64,000 nucleotides of DNA from Chrysomallon squamiferum. Lineage: Eukaryota; Animalia; Mollusca. The stretch spans positions 24,924,001 to 24,988,000 of the forward strand of contig CM022670.1 in assembly GCA_012295275.1 (NCBI GenBank), read 5' to 3'. Positions 1-31,994 of this stretch are shown piece by piece; the first letter of the stretch is position 1; the number at the start of each line of letters is the position of its first letter. The position numbers and the translations under genes were made by a program. Under the pieces are notes generated by a model that was given only the letters and a program-made list of their open reading frames with translations, searched no databases and was not told the origin of the DNA.

Positions 1-1479
1 CTTGGCATTCCTGCTGATAAGATATTTAGAAAAGAGATTAACACCCTAACACTGGACGAAATCAGTCAGCTAAGAAACGCCTTGTTCAGAATGCAAAATG
101 ATGGCGGCAAAGACGGATTTGAACATATCTCTGGTTTCCACGGTGCTCCCTACATGTGCCCTGAAAACGGTGATACGAAGTATGCCTGCTGCATGCACGG
201 AATGGCTGTGTTTCCTCATTGGCACAGACTGTTCACAGTACAATACGAAAGAGCTCTTATTAAGCACGGATCATCAATTGGCGTTCCATATTGGGATTGG
301 ACAAAACCGTTCACAAGCATACCTTCATTCTTTGGTGAGAGTACCAATTCCAATCCATTCTACAAATACCATATTGGCAGCTTAAATGAAGATATTCGAC
401 GAGATCTGCAAGATGAAATGTATCAAACTGAAACTCTGTACAACGGTGTCTTAGAAGTTTTGGGTGAAGATAATTACTGTGATTTTGAAGTCCAGTATGA
501 AATATTACACAACTTAGTCCACTTTTATATCGGCGGTTCAGCTGACTATTCAATGTCCACCTTAGAATTTTCTGCATTTGATCCGTTCTTCATGATCCAC
601 CACTCTGCTATTGACAGAATCTGGATTATTTGGCAAGAATTACAACGATTGCGTAACAAGCCTTTCAACGTTGCTCCTTGTGCAGGAAGCATAATGCATA
701 TGCCTCTGCATCCATTCAGCTACGCAAGTGTCAACGGAGACGACTTTACTCTTAAGCATTCCGACCCCGATACCGTCTTTGACCACGAGCAGTTTGATTA
801 TTGGTACGACTCTATGTCACTGCATGATCAATCCTTGGAGGAACTGCATACATCTATCAAAAATCTCAGACACAGCCCGAGAACATATGCCGGTTTTGTA
901 CTTTCTGGAGTGAAAGACACCGTCGTCGTAAATGTCTGGATGGCTAACGGTGGAAATGAAGAAAAGGTTGGTCATTTCATTATCTTTGGAGGAAAGAAAG
1001 AAATACCGTGGGCTTACGAAAGAATCTACAAAATGGACGTGACAGACATCGCCAGAAAACTTAATCTGAACCCGATGTCTGGCGATCCCTTCACTGTCAG
1101 AACAGAAGCCGTAGCAAGAGATGGCACACCGATCACACACAGGATTTTCCCCGATGCCCTTTTAGTTTATAGACCCAGTAACAGTGATCAGGACATAATC
1201 ATCGTTCCAATTGGCAAAGACAAAAGCTTACCACCGAAAATAACTGTTAAACGTGATACGTATATCATGTTCCAGAAAGCTGACGACTCGATAACATCAG
1301 TAATTGATTTGGGCAGTTATACTACATTCTACAACTGTATAGTTCCTCCGTTTGGATTAAACACCTATGATATGAACCGATCATACCGACTTGAACCAGG
1401 CGATCACTTCTTCACAGCAGCATCAGTGGAACAGTGTCAAAAGAACCAGAAAATTGAAGTCCACGTAGATGATTACTAA
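1..1479 (+). CDS. Hemocyanin gene 1 (upstream paralog), last coding exon, 5'-truncated by the window: functional unit h with C-terminal cupredoxin-like tail
   Basis: Frame is open from base 1 (LGIPADKIFRKEINTLT...). CuA motifs FHG...C...CCMHGMAVFPHWHR, PYWDW, CuB motifs HNLVH and DPFFMIHH. About 100-aa FU-h tail (LPPKITVK...LGSYT...C.VPPF) ending HVDDY-TAA. Confidence 0.97.
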   Translation, partial: LGIPADKIFRKEINTLTLDEISQLRNALFRMQNDGGKDGFEHISGFHGAPYMCPENGDTKYACCMHGMAVFPHWHRLFTVQYERALIKHGSSIGVPYWDWTKPFTSIPSFFGESTNSNPFYKYHIGSLNEDIRRDLQDEMYQTETLYNGVLEVLGEDNYCDFEVQYEILHNLVHFYIGGSADYSMSTLEFSAFDPFFMIHHSAIDRIWIIWQELQRLRNKPFNVAPCAGSIMHMPLHPFSYASVNGDDFTLKHSDPDTVFDHEQFDYWYDSMSLHDQSLEELHTSIKNLRHSPRTYAGFVLSGVKDTVVVNVWMANGGNEEKVGHFIIFGGKKEIPWAYERIYKMDVTDIARKLNLNPMSGDPFTVRTEAVARDGTPITHRIFPDALLVYRPSNSDQDIIIVPIGKDKSLPPKITVKRDTYIMFQKADDSITSVIDLGSYTTFYNCIVPPFGLNTYDMNRSYRLEPGDHFFTAASVEQCQKNQKIEVHVDDY

Positions 1480-1483
1480 AAAG

Positions 1484-1919
1484 GTAAATCTCTACATTTT
1501 CGGTGTTTAATTGGTAGAAAAGGACGGATTAATGGTAATAGCATTAAAATGCATTTCAGATTTCATTCATTGAACACCGGAATAATAATCATAATGATGA
1601 TCATGATGATATTAATAATTTCAGTTTAAAAATTAAAAATATATATGTAAAAACTAATTTTGAACATTAATAAATAGGACTACGCTATGTTTGAATATAG
1701 CGTATATCAAATGAGAGTAGCCCGAAAAAAACAGTTCTGCCGATATAACCCTGTTTATTCCTGTTGATTATAAATGACAGTAATTCATTTAATGATATCT
1801 AATTTGACGAATTACGAAAGAAATATTAAGAAATATTCATTTTACTTCATATTCTTCTTCTTTTTCTTTTTTTTAAATTATTAATTTTTATTTATCTATT
1901 TTTTTTATTTTTTTTTCAG
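1484..1919 (+). other. 3'-UTR intron of hemocyanin gene 1
   Basis: AAG|GTAAAT donor 4 nt after the stop codon; poly-T tract plus CAG ending at 1919. Same position as in gene 2. Confidence 0.8.
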
Positions 1920-2100
1920 TGATAGAATGATTGAATCTGGAAAATATTCCTGCCGTGTCAACTGTATAGACAGCAAGCTAGAAGAAACAATATCTGGACT
2001 ATGAACATTAAACAGTTGCAAGTACTAATGTCGCGGTCCAGTGAATGAATAACGTTATAGTTCTATTTATAAAAATAAATTGTTGCAATTAAATCTGCTG
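1920..2100 (+). other. Non-coding terminal exon (3' UTR) of hemocyanin gene 1, AATAAA at 2074-2079
   Basis: Follows the acceptor; alignable with the 3' UTR exon of gene 2; AATAAA followed by a GT/T-rich tract. End coordinate approximate. Confidence 0.75.
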
Positions 2101-4687
2101 TGTTTGTTTTCTTGTTAGATTTTTAGAAACGATATTCATTTCATTTATTTATTCGTTTTTATAAAAATGATAAGAGAGACATAAACAAAATGATAAAGAA
2201 AAAACAAGCAAATGTTCGCTATTTAAAAATCGACAGACACAAAGATGTAATTTATTTAAATATAATGCTAATATAGAGTAAAAAAAAATACTGGATTATA
2301 AACGTATATCATCCTATCCTTCAACATTCAAGTCCAGTATAAAAATGACTGTTCAGTGTGATAGTTAAATATATATACATATTTAAATCTTGATATAAAA
2401 CATGAAAAATAATATGTATAAAAATAAAAGCTGTTTGTTTATATATTTGTTTATTATATAGAACGTTGATTTTTATATTATAGTAATATACTAAAATGCT
2501 AAGAATACAATTAAAAGTGATGTATTGTGTTACAGATTTAACTATCACTTAGTATTTATAACAAAAGCAACAGCAACAACGACAATATAAGAATAATAAC
2601 ACCACCAACAATAACAACAAAAAGAAACAAAAACAGCGTTTTATAACACTTACATTCGTAATTATTACAAGGATCTGAAAGTGTTAAATTATCATGTAGA
2701 TCAGCGGACATTGCATGGTCCTCTGAAACATGAATTTATCGTTTAAATATCATTTGTATTGCAAATAACACCCCTTAGTCTGTTTAACCAAGTAAACAGC
2801 AATCCCTCAGCTACATTTTGAATACAAATATTTATAGTTAACAGTAAAAAGTAACGTAAAACTTTGTAACATATACATATTCGTAATTACTAGCAGTACT
2901 GTTAGCTCAAGGAACATAATTATATCTGATTGGTAAATGTATCTAATTATCATCAAAATATAAAAGGAGGATTTGGTTATTTATATCAAACACTTTTTAA
3001 ATCTATGATCAATATATATATATATATTTAAATATATATATATTTAAATCAGTGTTTGTGCGCGAAGTAAAAGACGGAGAATTCGAGGGAAATTCTTTGA
3101 TTAGGTTAATGGTATACAATGCATTGTTTTCTACCTTATAGAGGTCTACTAGACACAATGATTTAATTTAAAATCGTAAACATATAGCATACTTTAGGAA
3201 AACTATATAAATAAATTCAAAACATCAACATTATTTAACAAAACTTATACATAATACACAAAAAATTTCTTGTCTTTTTAAAACCATAAGCATAAAATTT
3301 AAAATATAAGAAAACAAGTTAAATCATATTGTAAGTCTTACTCTTTCAAAGCTGTGTATATAAATTGAAAATACGGATAAAATACATAAACATTTATATG
3401 TATGAAAATATCTAATCTTTATAGGGCTAGTATTCGTACAATTAACCTTAATAGATAATAGCATATTAGATTTTAACTTAATTTGTATTTTAAAGCCGTC
3501 AATATAGTGTAACAAAAAAACAAAACAAAAGAAATTAAAATCAAAATTAAATAAAAAAAAATAAAATAAAAAATAAAAAATACAAACAAAAACGTGCAAT
3601 AAAGGATAATTCTCAGCGACATTCATTGTCACTCACAGACATACAAACACACACACACACACACATTTATACCCTCCTTGTATATAAAAATATCGATTCG
3701 TAATTAATAAAAACTTTAATACGTACATTGTATTTAAACAAATACGCATAGGTTAGCGTATATGTATGTGTAATGCTTCTGTACGTGCGTGCATGTCCAT
3801 ATCGTATATTATGATTTTGAAGTTGTAAATTTTTATGTTAATATCCAGTATAATATGTCAGTAATAATACTCAAAGGTGACATTTTGACCCATTCATCAA
3901 TTAAAATCGCCAAATAAATGAATAAATTGGAACTTAAAAACATACATAACAATAACAGTATCATACTTACGTCTTCTTACAGTAACAGAATTCCGATAAG
4001 ACGTTTTCACAAACCGATGCCGTTGCTAAGAAATACGTAATTGTTACGACGTAAAAAGTTGTTCGGACGTTTACGGCCGGTTCACGAACTATTCCGATGT
4101 AATTTTATTAACGACAATGAAGTGTTGTTTTAAAATATCGTTATCGCAGTATTTTATCTTCTCGAAAAAAGTATCCCTTATTTGTACATTTGGTACACGT
4201 TTCGTGTAATCATCCAAAATTATTTGACGACCATGTAAATCACTGAATATTAATTATTTGTTTAACGAAACTTCTACACAATAATAACAACCCCAACAAC
4301 AACAGTTATAACAGCAACAAGAAGAAAAAATAAAGAAGAAAAATAATAAGAAAAAATTATGATGATATTTGACTGTGAAACTATAAGATTAATGATATCA
4401 AGAACAGAAGCAATAAAATTAAGTAAGTTAGTAACTAAGTAAGTAAATAAATAAATAAATGAAGCTACGTACAATTATATTTTTGTTTTATTTTTTGTTC
4501 TCTTTTATATAAAACTATGTTGATGGTTATAAAATAAAATAATCTGTTAAATCAAAGAAAGGTACTATTATCTATTAAGGTTACGTCTACTATCCAAAAC
4601 TCTAGACTGTATTTTCGTAGTAAAATATTTTGATTCACTACAATTTTGGTAAAGGCAAATATTTTCCAGTCATACTGTGAGTGCAAA

Positions 4688-4732
<45 letters not shown>

Positions 4733-5783
4733 TCTCACATAGACTCTCTCTCTCTCACACACACACACACACTCATGCACACACACACGCACACACATAC
4801 TTTCATATACACAGTATACATGAACACAAACTACATATGTATGCACACCTACATACTCATACACATAGTCACAAACATAAACACAGTATGAGTGAAACGT
4901 GGATATTCAAACACAGACGATCTTTATGCATACACACAAACATTCATAAACACAATATATACACATCGATATATGCTACACGTATACACATACAAATAAA
5001 CGACATTCATACACAGACCAACACTATCAGCGTATTTTTTGACTGCTTGAAGAGTCACAAGAGTTACCTCCCATGTAAATTCTGTACTATTTCTGAAATT
5101 TTTCTTATAATAATGAATCCAATTAACGTTACCCTGATACCCAGAGATTCACACCAGTACATATTCATTCATTCACATGTATAAAAACAGAAACACATAA
5201 ACCAAACACTTATTCACTTATATAAAGAGATGCATCATATATCTATCTACAAAGCTATTTCTAATAAAAACAGTTAAACACATACCATATAAGCGCGCGA
5301 CTTTCGATGTCTTTTGCAAATTATTATTTTTATTATTAATTATAAACATATTTATATACGCTGTGAATTGTAAAAAAAAAAATGCCTGGCAATTTTATAA
5401 CGTTTCCCTAATTTTTGGATAAAGGATATGTATGTGAAAATTATCAGTGTTAACAAACAAAAACAACCATTGTATTAATAAAAAGCAATAATTCGGTTCA
5501 TGGTTCTTTGTATGGATCCTCTTATTCCTTTATCTCTTTATTTCACAAGTGAACTGAACATTTACGTACAATTTTGAGTTACCTTAACAGATTATAAAGA
5601 CAGAAGAGTTAACTCCTGTTTCACGACATTTTTATTTCCTAAATACTACTACTACAGCAATTATTTTTACTATTACTACTACTATTACTGCTATTTATTT
5701 ATTTATTTATTTATTTATTTATTTTTGTTTATTAAAACAAATGATGGTCTCAATCTTTTTGTCGCATTTATTTTCATTAAACG

Positions 5784-5822
<39 letters not shown>

Positions 5823-6225
5823 TGTTATTTTATGACACATATTATATATTTTCAGTGTTTTTAATTACTTGTTTATTTTCCACATTTAATTGAAAGAAAT
5901 TATAGCAATGCAATAAAAATAATTTTTGTAACTTTTGTACTCTGTGCCAAACATTGTCATAAACAGATACGTATGCAAAATATACAGATATACTGTTTTA
6001 AATACAGTAATGTTTTACAATAAAAATACGTAGATGTATAAATATTCATTAATATTCATTGCTATAAATATTATTAATTTAACTGTGTGAAAAGAAAACC
6101 CAAAACAAACTTGAAATATTATAAAGTCGCAAGAGTTAACTCCCATGAATGTATCTAATTGCTTTATGATTTCATTACACTGCTTTGTTGTTGTTATTTA
6201 TTTATTTCTTCTTCTTCTTCTTCTT

Positions 6226-6256
<31 letters not shown>

Positions 6257-6778
6257 TTATTATTATTATTATTAAGTAACTGAGAACTGTGATTTTATTA
6301 TGTTCAGCTACTTTATTCATAGGCTGAAAAGTATTGTGCAGTACGTATAATCAGTTTCCACAGAAGTTTTTTTTTTTTTTTTGTTCATTCTTTATACACT
6401 GGCTGAAGTTTATAAAATATAATACATTATTAAATAAACAAAATAAAATCTTTATAATCTTGTTCTTTATTTTCACAGCTAAGCATAAACATAGTAATTC
6501 GGTAAAGATATTTTCATTCATATATACAGATACACAGTCGTAACATACGAGCATATTGTCATAATACAATAGTATATACATTGTTACGCATAGAAAGGAA
6601 TACTTTATAGAGTCAATTCTCGATGGGCGGCTTTTCACATTATCTACGACATTTACGGAGTTTGAGTTTATAGCAGAATGCATTAAAACAGCGTTAACTA
6701 ATGTTTACTGATACCATGTTTTACTTTGCTATGCACAATCCCCTTCATCCAAAGAAAAACATTATTTATATTCCTTGT

Positions 6779-6838
<60 letters not shown>

Positions 6839-7737
6839 AAATAATATAAAATATGGAAAACAGATTAAAATAAAGAAATTATATAAATAAAATCATAATA
6901 TAAAATAATATATACAACATAAAAAACTTAAAAAGAAGAAAAAGAAGAAAAAAAAAAATTTAAAAAATAACAATAATAAAGAAAAAAAAAGGAAGGATAA
7001 AGTTAAAATATAGACACAAATTACCTACAGACTCTATAATCATTTTGAATTTTAATTTAATACCGATGATTTCCTCATTTGCCACTCGGATTTTTATTTT
7101 AAAAGACAAATTACTGAAAACAGGACAACGATGAAGAAATTAATCAACTTGCAGACAGTATAACACGCGGTAAACAAACACTGAAAATACAGGGACGTGG
7201 TCGAGCTCAGGAGTTTTTGAACTTAGAAAAGAAACGACTGATTTGCTGTTACGTGATAAAGATGGGAAAACTCACTGCTGCTAATAATCACATATCAATA
7301 ATAATAATAACAACAACAACAACAACAACAATAATAATAATAATTGTTATTTTTATTATTATTATTATTATGACGATATTTTAAAAGTAAGCGGTTACTT
7401 TTACTTTGTAAATACAGTGCAGTGAAAAGACTGAAATAAGAAGTTGAAAAAGAACGTGAAAATAAACAAGAAATTAAAGATAACATTTAAAAAAAAAACC
7501 ACACACAAATAAAATATTTAAAAAATTGAAAGAAAGATAAAGAAGTAATGAAAGCATTATGAACATCATGTAACATGCAATGAAAGGAAGAACAAGAATA
7601 ATAAAAAAATGTTTATAAGAAACAAAAGTAATGGAATAGTTTATGAAAATATGCCACTAAAATAATATTAAAATGTGGTAAAACAGATATAAAAAAAAGA
7701 AATTAAATAAATAAAATCATATATAATAAAATAAATA

Positions 7738-7740
<3 letters not shown>

Positions 7741-7814
<74 letters not shown>
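7741..7814. repeat. (GA)n microsatellite, representative of many: (CT/GA)n at about 4691, 13970, 36382, 49472, 55110, 57314, 58871, 62847; (AAT/ATT)n at about 9523, 11860, 25900, 30090, 34918, 60127; (TATG)n at 12620; (GTA)n at 44663
   Basis: Read directly from the sequence; these repeats generate most of the low-complexity ORFs in the track. Confidence 0.95.
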
Positions 7815-7817
<3 letters not shown>

Positions 7818-8690
7818 TGATTTTAGGATAGGTGATAAAAAATAAATAAAGTACTTATAAAGAATGCAAATAAAAATAATTATAATTAAAGAGAAGCAAT
7901 AAAAAACTACAAATAAGAGACAGTTTTGAGATTATTCTAATTTTAAACGCATAAACATTATATATTTTTTTGTACGTTAAATTTTCAAAGAGCTAATAAT
8001 GAAATTGCCGACATATGGTAGACATTTTTTATCCTTTATTTCAAATATACTTTCACGTAAGCACCACTTTCAAGCAGTTTTGTAAACTTTGCTGACGAAG
8101 AATTAAAGAATGAACGAAATTGCACGAACAAAGTCCATTCATCAGATCACAACATGCAAAGTTAGCAAGGGCAAAACAAAGTTCGTAACATAATTCTTTT
8201 CTAATAAACAGACGACCTTGTTAAATGCATAATCAACACTTGTCCAGCGTTGGGTTACCCAACAGCCACGTTCCTGGCCTCAATGAAACTCAGGGTTATC
8301 TTTGCCATTGTTAAAATGTGCACCGGGGTCTCGTAACACAAAGCTGAATTAATCTGATCCATCACTTTACGTCATTTGCAGACATGTGCCAAGTCAAATT
8401 TGCTGACACAAAGCAGTCACATTCATTTCTATTTTGTTGTTTTATGACTGGAAATTAAAAAAGTCAAGTCTACTTGACTCCAAGGTGGACACAGGATTAG
8501 CAAATATGTTTCCTACTTTCAGTTTTGAGGTTTCAATAAAGAGACTTCTTCAGAAAAACCTGAAATTCGGGCAAGAATCTTTTTGATTCTTTGTCACGGA
8601 CAAATAATTAGTTTTACTGATGGGAAAAGAAGTTATAACTTTTTCTGAAGTTTCACCTCTGTGAAGAATGGAACTGACCTCACAAAAAAG

Positions 8691-8730
8691 TATAAATGTC
8701 GGAACGGACATTGGATCGTTACCACAGTGA
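8691..8730 (+). promoter_or_regulatory. Core promoter of hemocyanin gene 2: TATA box and putative initiator
   Basis: TATAAA at 8691-8696, Inr-like CACAGT about 30 nt downstream, ATG at 8763. Confidence 0.7.
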
Positions 8731-8762
8731 TTCCAGTGACAGCGGACATCGCCACCGGAAGC

Positions 8763-27845
<19,083 letters not shown>

Positions 27846-27849
27846 AAGG

Positions 27850-28322
27850 GTAATTCTGGCAATTATTTCCTATTTTGTACATCTCCTGAATGTCCTTCTT
27901 TCATCATCACTATCATTATCAACATCAAATTATTATTATTATTATTATAATTATTATTGATAACGATTTATGAAATTTCCTACTTACGAGAAAAAGAAAA
28001 TGAGAAGTATTGATTCCGTTCTCAATTTTTCATTTTAGCTAAATTTACAATATACGTGTATTTTTAAGGTGATTTATGCAATTAGGTAAAATTACTGATT
28101 TTATTCTTCTTGTTGCACGTCTTCCTAATATCATTTATTTATTTATTTATTTATTTGTTTTTGAGTTTATTTCTCATACTAACAGTAAATAATTATCTTT
28201 ACTGACTTATTTATTTAAAATTTGAACAATTTTTAAAAAAAATTTTTTTTTTTTAATGCTTGTTATGAACAGAGGCATCGTGAAATAAACGACTATAATT
28301 CCGTATTTATATCTGCTTTCAG
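27850..28322 (+). other. 3'-UTR intron of hemocyanin gene 2
   Basis: GTAATT donor 4 nt after the stop; CTGCTTTCAG acceptor followed by sequence homologous to the gene 1 UTR exon. Confidence 0.78.
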
Positions 28323-28525
28323 TTATGAAATGATGGACTAATGGAAGAACCAAAAACAGTGTCACATGTATAGACTAAACATTATAACAGAAGAATACTT
28401 GTGTGGGCCACTCAGCTATCCACAATAATGAGTTAACGCACTAACGTGGCGGTCCGTTTGACTGATCTTTACCAGTGTTAGCGTACTATTTATAAAAAAT
28501 AAATCGTTGCAATTTAGATTTGAGT
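28323..28525 (+). other. Non-coding terminal exon (3' UTR) of hemocyanin gene 2, AATAAA at 28498-28503
   Basis: Shares sequence blocks with 1920-2100; AATAAA plus downstream GT/T tract. End approximate. Confidence 0.75.
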
Positions 28526-28649
28526 TAGCGTTGTTTTTTTTTTTGTTGTTAATAAAGAATAAACCGCTATTTAACCTGCAACAACTATGTTCCCAGCCAA
28601 CTGAAAGTGAGTTTCATCAACACTAAACACTACGGGTATGTTAAGTCGA

Positions 28650-28850
28650 TTTTATGGAAATAAATATCTGTAGCGATTTATCCGGGAATAGTAATTTTCG
28701 AACTGATGTATTTTGGAGGTTTTATCAACAGAATCCGTGGTATGTCCTTTCATGTTTATGGAAATGAAAATCACGTAGATATTTATCCTCTAATAGCAAT
28801 TTTCGAACTAACGTACTTTGGTGGTTTTATCAACAGATATTGTGGTAATG
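28650..28850. repeat. Diverged tandem duplication, about 105-bp unit x2
   Basis: TTTATGGAAAT...GTAG..ATTTATCC...AATAG.AATTTTCGAACT.A.GTA.TTTGG.GGTTTTATCAACAGA..GTGGTA occurs twice. Confidence 0.8.
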
Positions 28851-29119
28851 TTTACAGGTATCTAAACTGATAGTCGTTTAATGTGTGGTAATGGTGCACT
28901 GTATATTAATAGTTTATTGTATGAAACCCAACGTCCTCTCTCTATTTATTCTATGCTTATGAGGGTCCTAAGTTCGAGAATTGGCTACTCACGTTGCTAA
29001 TGAGATCAGCTGAAATGTCCGTGTTATATAATACATACATACAAACACACATCATACGTCGTGGACTGGTGGTAAAAACACACTACACAGCAATATTATC
29101 CTCCAGATGATGTTATTCA

Positions 29120-29725
29120 GCAGGTATATATGTATTACAGGTAATCTGTATAATCAGGTAATATGCATATTACCTGATTTTTTTTTCAGTTAATATGTTT
29201 ATTACCTGTTTCGCTAAGGTAACATATATATTAGCAGAAACCCCATAAATATACTTCACTAATTTATACAGATTACCTGAAACGTGTACAATGGTATCGA
29301 CGAGTCTTTTGATCAATGTAGCCCAAGTTCTCCTTGATTGGTCACAATACATTTGATGTAATGTTTATTGTTAAATCATTTCATAGACAACGATATAGTT
29401 AATCTGTATAATCCACCACTGCTGTTTTAACTAATCCTATCTGCAGAACAATAAAGCGTGCGCATTAAAGACGTGCCAGTCCGATGGACGTGAATGGGAT
29501 TAACTGGGAAAAACGAAGCTTGATTTAGGCTGCTGATTGTGTGTGTGTTTGTGTTGCAAATGGTATGTATTTTGAACCAATAAAGACTGCCAGCATATTA
29601 CTGTTTATAGTTATTCATGCAGTCAGATAACAACCTTTTCAATACCATTCTGTACGTTTCAGGTAAGCTGTATAAATTAGTGAAGAATATTTTAGGTAAT
29701 ATGTATATTACCCGATTTTTTCAGC
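29120..29725. mobile_element. Foldback/MITE-like element with about 50-bp inverted repeats and repeated palindromic sub-units
   Basis: 29247-29297 is the inverted repeat of 29642-29692; perfect 28-bp palindrome at 29152-29179; several degenerate CAGGTAATAT..ATATTACCTG units. Confidence 0.6.
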
Positions 29726-30094
29726 ACCTGAGAGAAACAGATTAACTGTAAAATTGATATAGCCAGATATCATTGACTACATGGCTCATAAAAGGAAGGC
29801 ATTCTCGGTGTATCTATCTCCGCTCAAACATGTATTCACACACACACACACATTAATAAATATCTGTGAATTTGATCTTTTGGCCCTGGACTAACTGATC
29901 ATATAAAATAACTTTATTATTATTAATATTATTTATTTATAAACAGTATTACTCTATAATTCTTGTAAAATACGCTTTTGGGAAACTGCAATACTGCAAC
30001 ATTCTTTCTAAACTTAATTATGGGAGAAATACATTATATAATAAAATAAAATATAATAACAGCAACAGTAATGATGATAATGATGATGATAATG

Positions 30095-30166
<72 letters not shown>

Positions 30167-30930
30167 GTAGTAGTAATAGTAATAATAATAATAATAATAA
30201 TAAAATATCCTGAGTATATCTGTACCTTTATGAATTAGTCCTTCGGAAACTTTGGACATGTACATGTATAGTGAATCAGCGGTACATTATTGAATTATTA
30301 TTATCATACGACATCATTTGAGAATGCGAAATATGGGGAAAAATAAAAAAAAAGAAACAGAAAAAAATTACCTTAAAACGAAATTTTTTTTTTTTAAAAA
30401 AAATTCATGAAATTATGCAACGAAATACACTGCAAACTGAGCAAGTTATATTTTATATGCATGTTTGATACATCAGCCATGTGTCACATGAAGAATAATA
30501 ATGTAGAAACGATCATACATCGATAATTTGTTAAAACTGCAGAGCTTTATAATTCTTCCCACATTTTGATAACAACAACAACAGCAACAATAATAATAAC
30601 AATAATAATATAATGATGATAAACATAATAATGGTGATGACATTGATGATTATTATGATGACAATTATAATGATGATGATAATTATAATGACGTCGTTTT
30701 CGGCTTTAGTCCAAGCTTTTATTACAAATGTATTTTATTATAAAGCGGTAAGGTGGAGTATCTTATTATTTATTGCACAGCTTGCATGAGAGAAGAAACT
30801 GACTGGACTAAAAATTATTTTGAAAAAACACCGAGCGGCAATGTTACATGTAAAACAGTTCAATGTATTTAAAATGATAAAATGTATCTAAATAGAAGAT
30901 AATCCTACTTTCGAAACAAAAATTAAGATA

Positions 30931-30967
<37 letters not shown>

Positions 30968-31358
30968 ATATGAAACCATAACAATAAGTTAACGATAAAT
31001 AAAATACAAATAAATAAAATACAAAATAAATTAATAAATTAATTAGACATAATTTCCATCTCGAGATTTCTTGTCAAAGTTGTGAATCAGTATGAAATTT
31101 CATCTGAATTTCCATATTTTCTGGCTATGTTTTCGTTCTTTCTTTCTCTGTATAAATCTCTCTTACAATTTTCTAACATTTCTCTTCACTATTGGAATCA
31201 ATACAACAACAACAACAACAACAAACAAAAAAAAAAAAAAAAAAAAAAACAACAAACATACAAAACAATCCAACAATTAACAGAAAAGAATACAGTAGAA
31301 TAAAATACATTATAAATAAAAAAAGAACATGAATAAATATTTACATATGAATTAAATA

Positions 31359-31427
<69 letters not shown>

Positions 31428-31560
31428 TATTAAATGAATAATAAACTATTTAAAATTAATTCATAAATAAGGTATAAGTAAGTAAATAAATAAAAAGTAA
31501 GTAAGTAAGTTAAGTAGATAAACATATTAACACTTTATACACTTGGTAACACAGCTGACG

Positions 31561-31809
31561 TCACCTCGAGTAAGTAACCCAGTAAAAGATATTGAGAGCC
31601 AAGAACGCTGAAGGAAAGAGAACTCTGGCAACTTTGTCAATTTTGCTCACGCTGTTAAGTCCCATAGCATTTCTCACGTGTTTGTTAAACCGCCTGCTGT
31701 GTGAAGAAGTCAGACAGTTAGCAAACTTCAGAATACACCTAAGACAACAACTTTTGTTTTTGTACTGTTCGTTAGCCATAGCCTCGGACATAATTTCTTC
31801 ATCGACTTC
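31561..31809 (-). CDS. Channel exon 9 (intracellular loop, M4, stop)
   Basis: TTTCAG acceptor, phase 0; NSVSKIDKVARVLFPSAFLALNIFYWVTYSR-TGA. Confidence 0.93.
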   Translation of the reverse strand, partial: EVDEEIMSEAMANEQYKNKSCCLRCILKFANCLTSSHSRRFNKHVRNAMGLNSVSKIDKVARVLFPSAFLALNIFYWVTYSR

Positions 31810-31952
31810 CTGAAATAAAAAACACAAATATTACGTACATATACGTAAGTCCTTAAATACAAATTTGAGTTACGAGCTCTGTCACTGAACGAATTAAATT
31901 CGTAAGTCACGGTACCACTGTGTGTGTGTATATATGTGTGTGTGTGTGTGTG

Positions 31953-31994
<42 letters not shown>

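Noticed and set aside
2321-7486. ORFs between the hemocyanin genes (e.g. 4681-5184, 3324-3632)
   Set aside because: Low-complexity translations of (CT)n/(CA)n and AT-rich DNA; no domain or splice support.
8115-8330. Metal-response elements in the hemocyanin promoter (TGCACGA, TGCACCG)
   Set aside because: Neither matches the TGCRCNC consensus.
29120-29725. Repeated palindromic units as a CRISPR-like array
   Set aside because: Eukaryotic context, degenerate repeats, very short irregular spacers and no cas genes.
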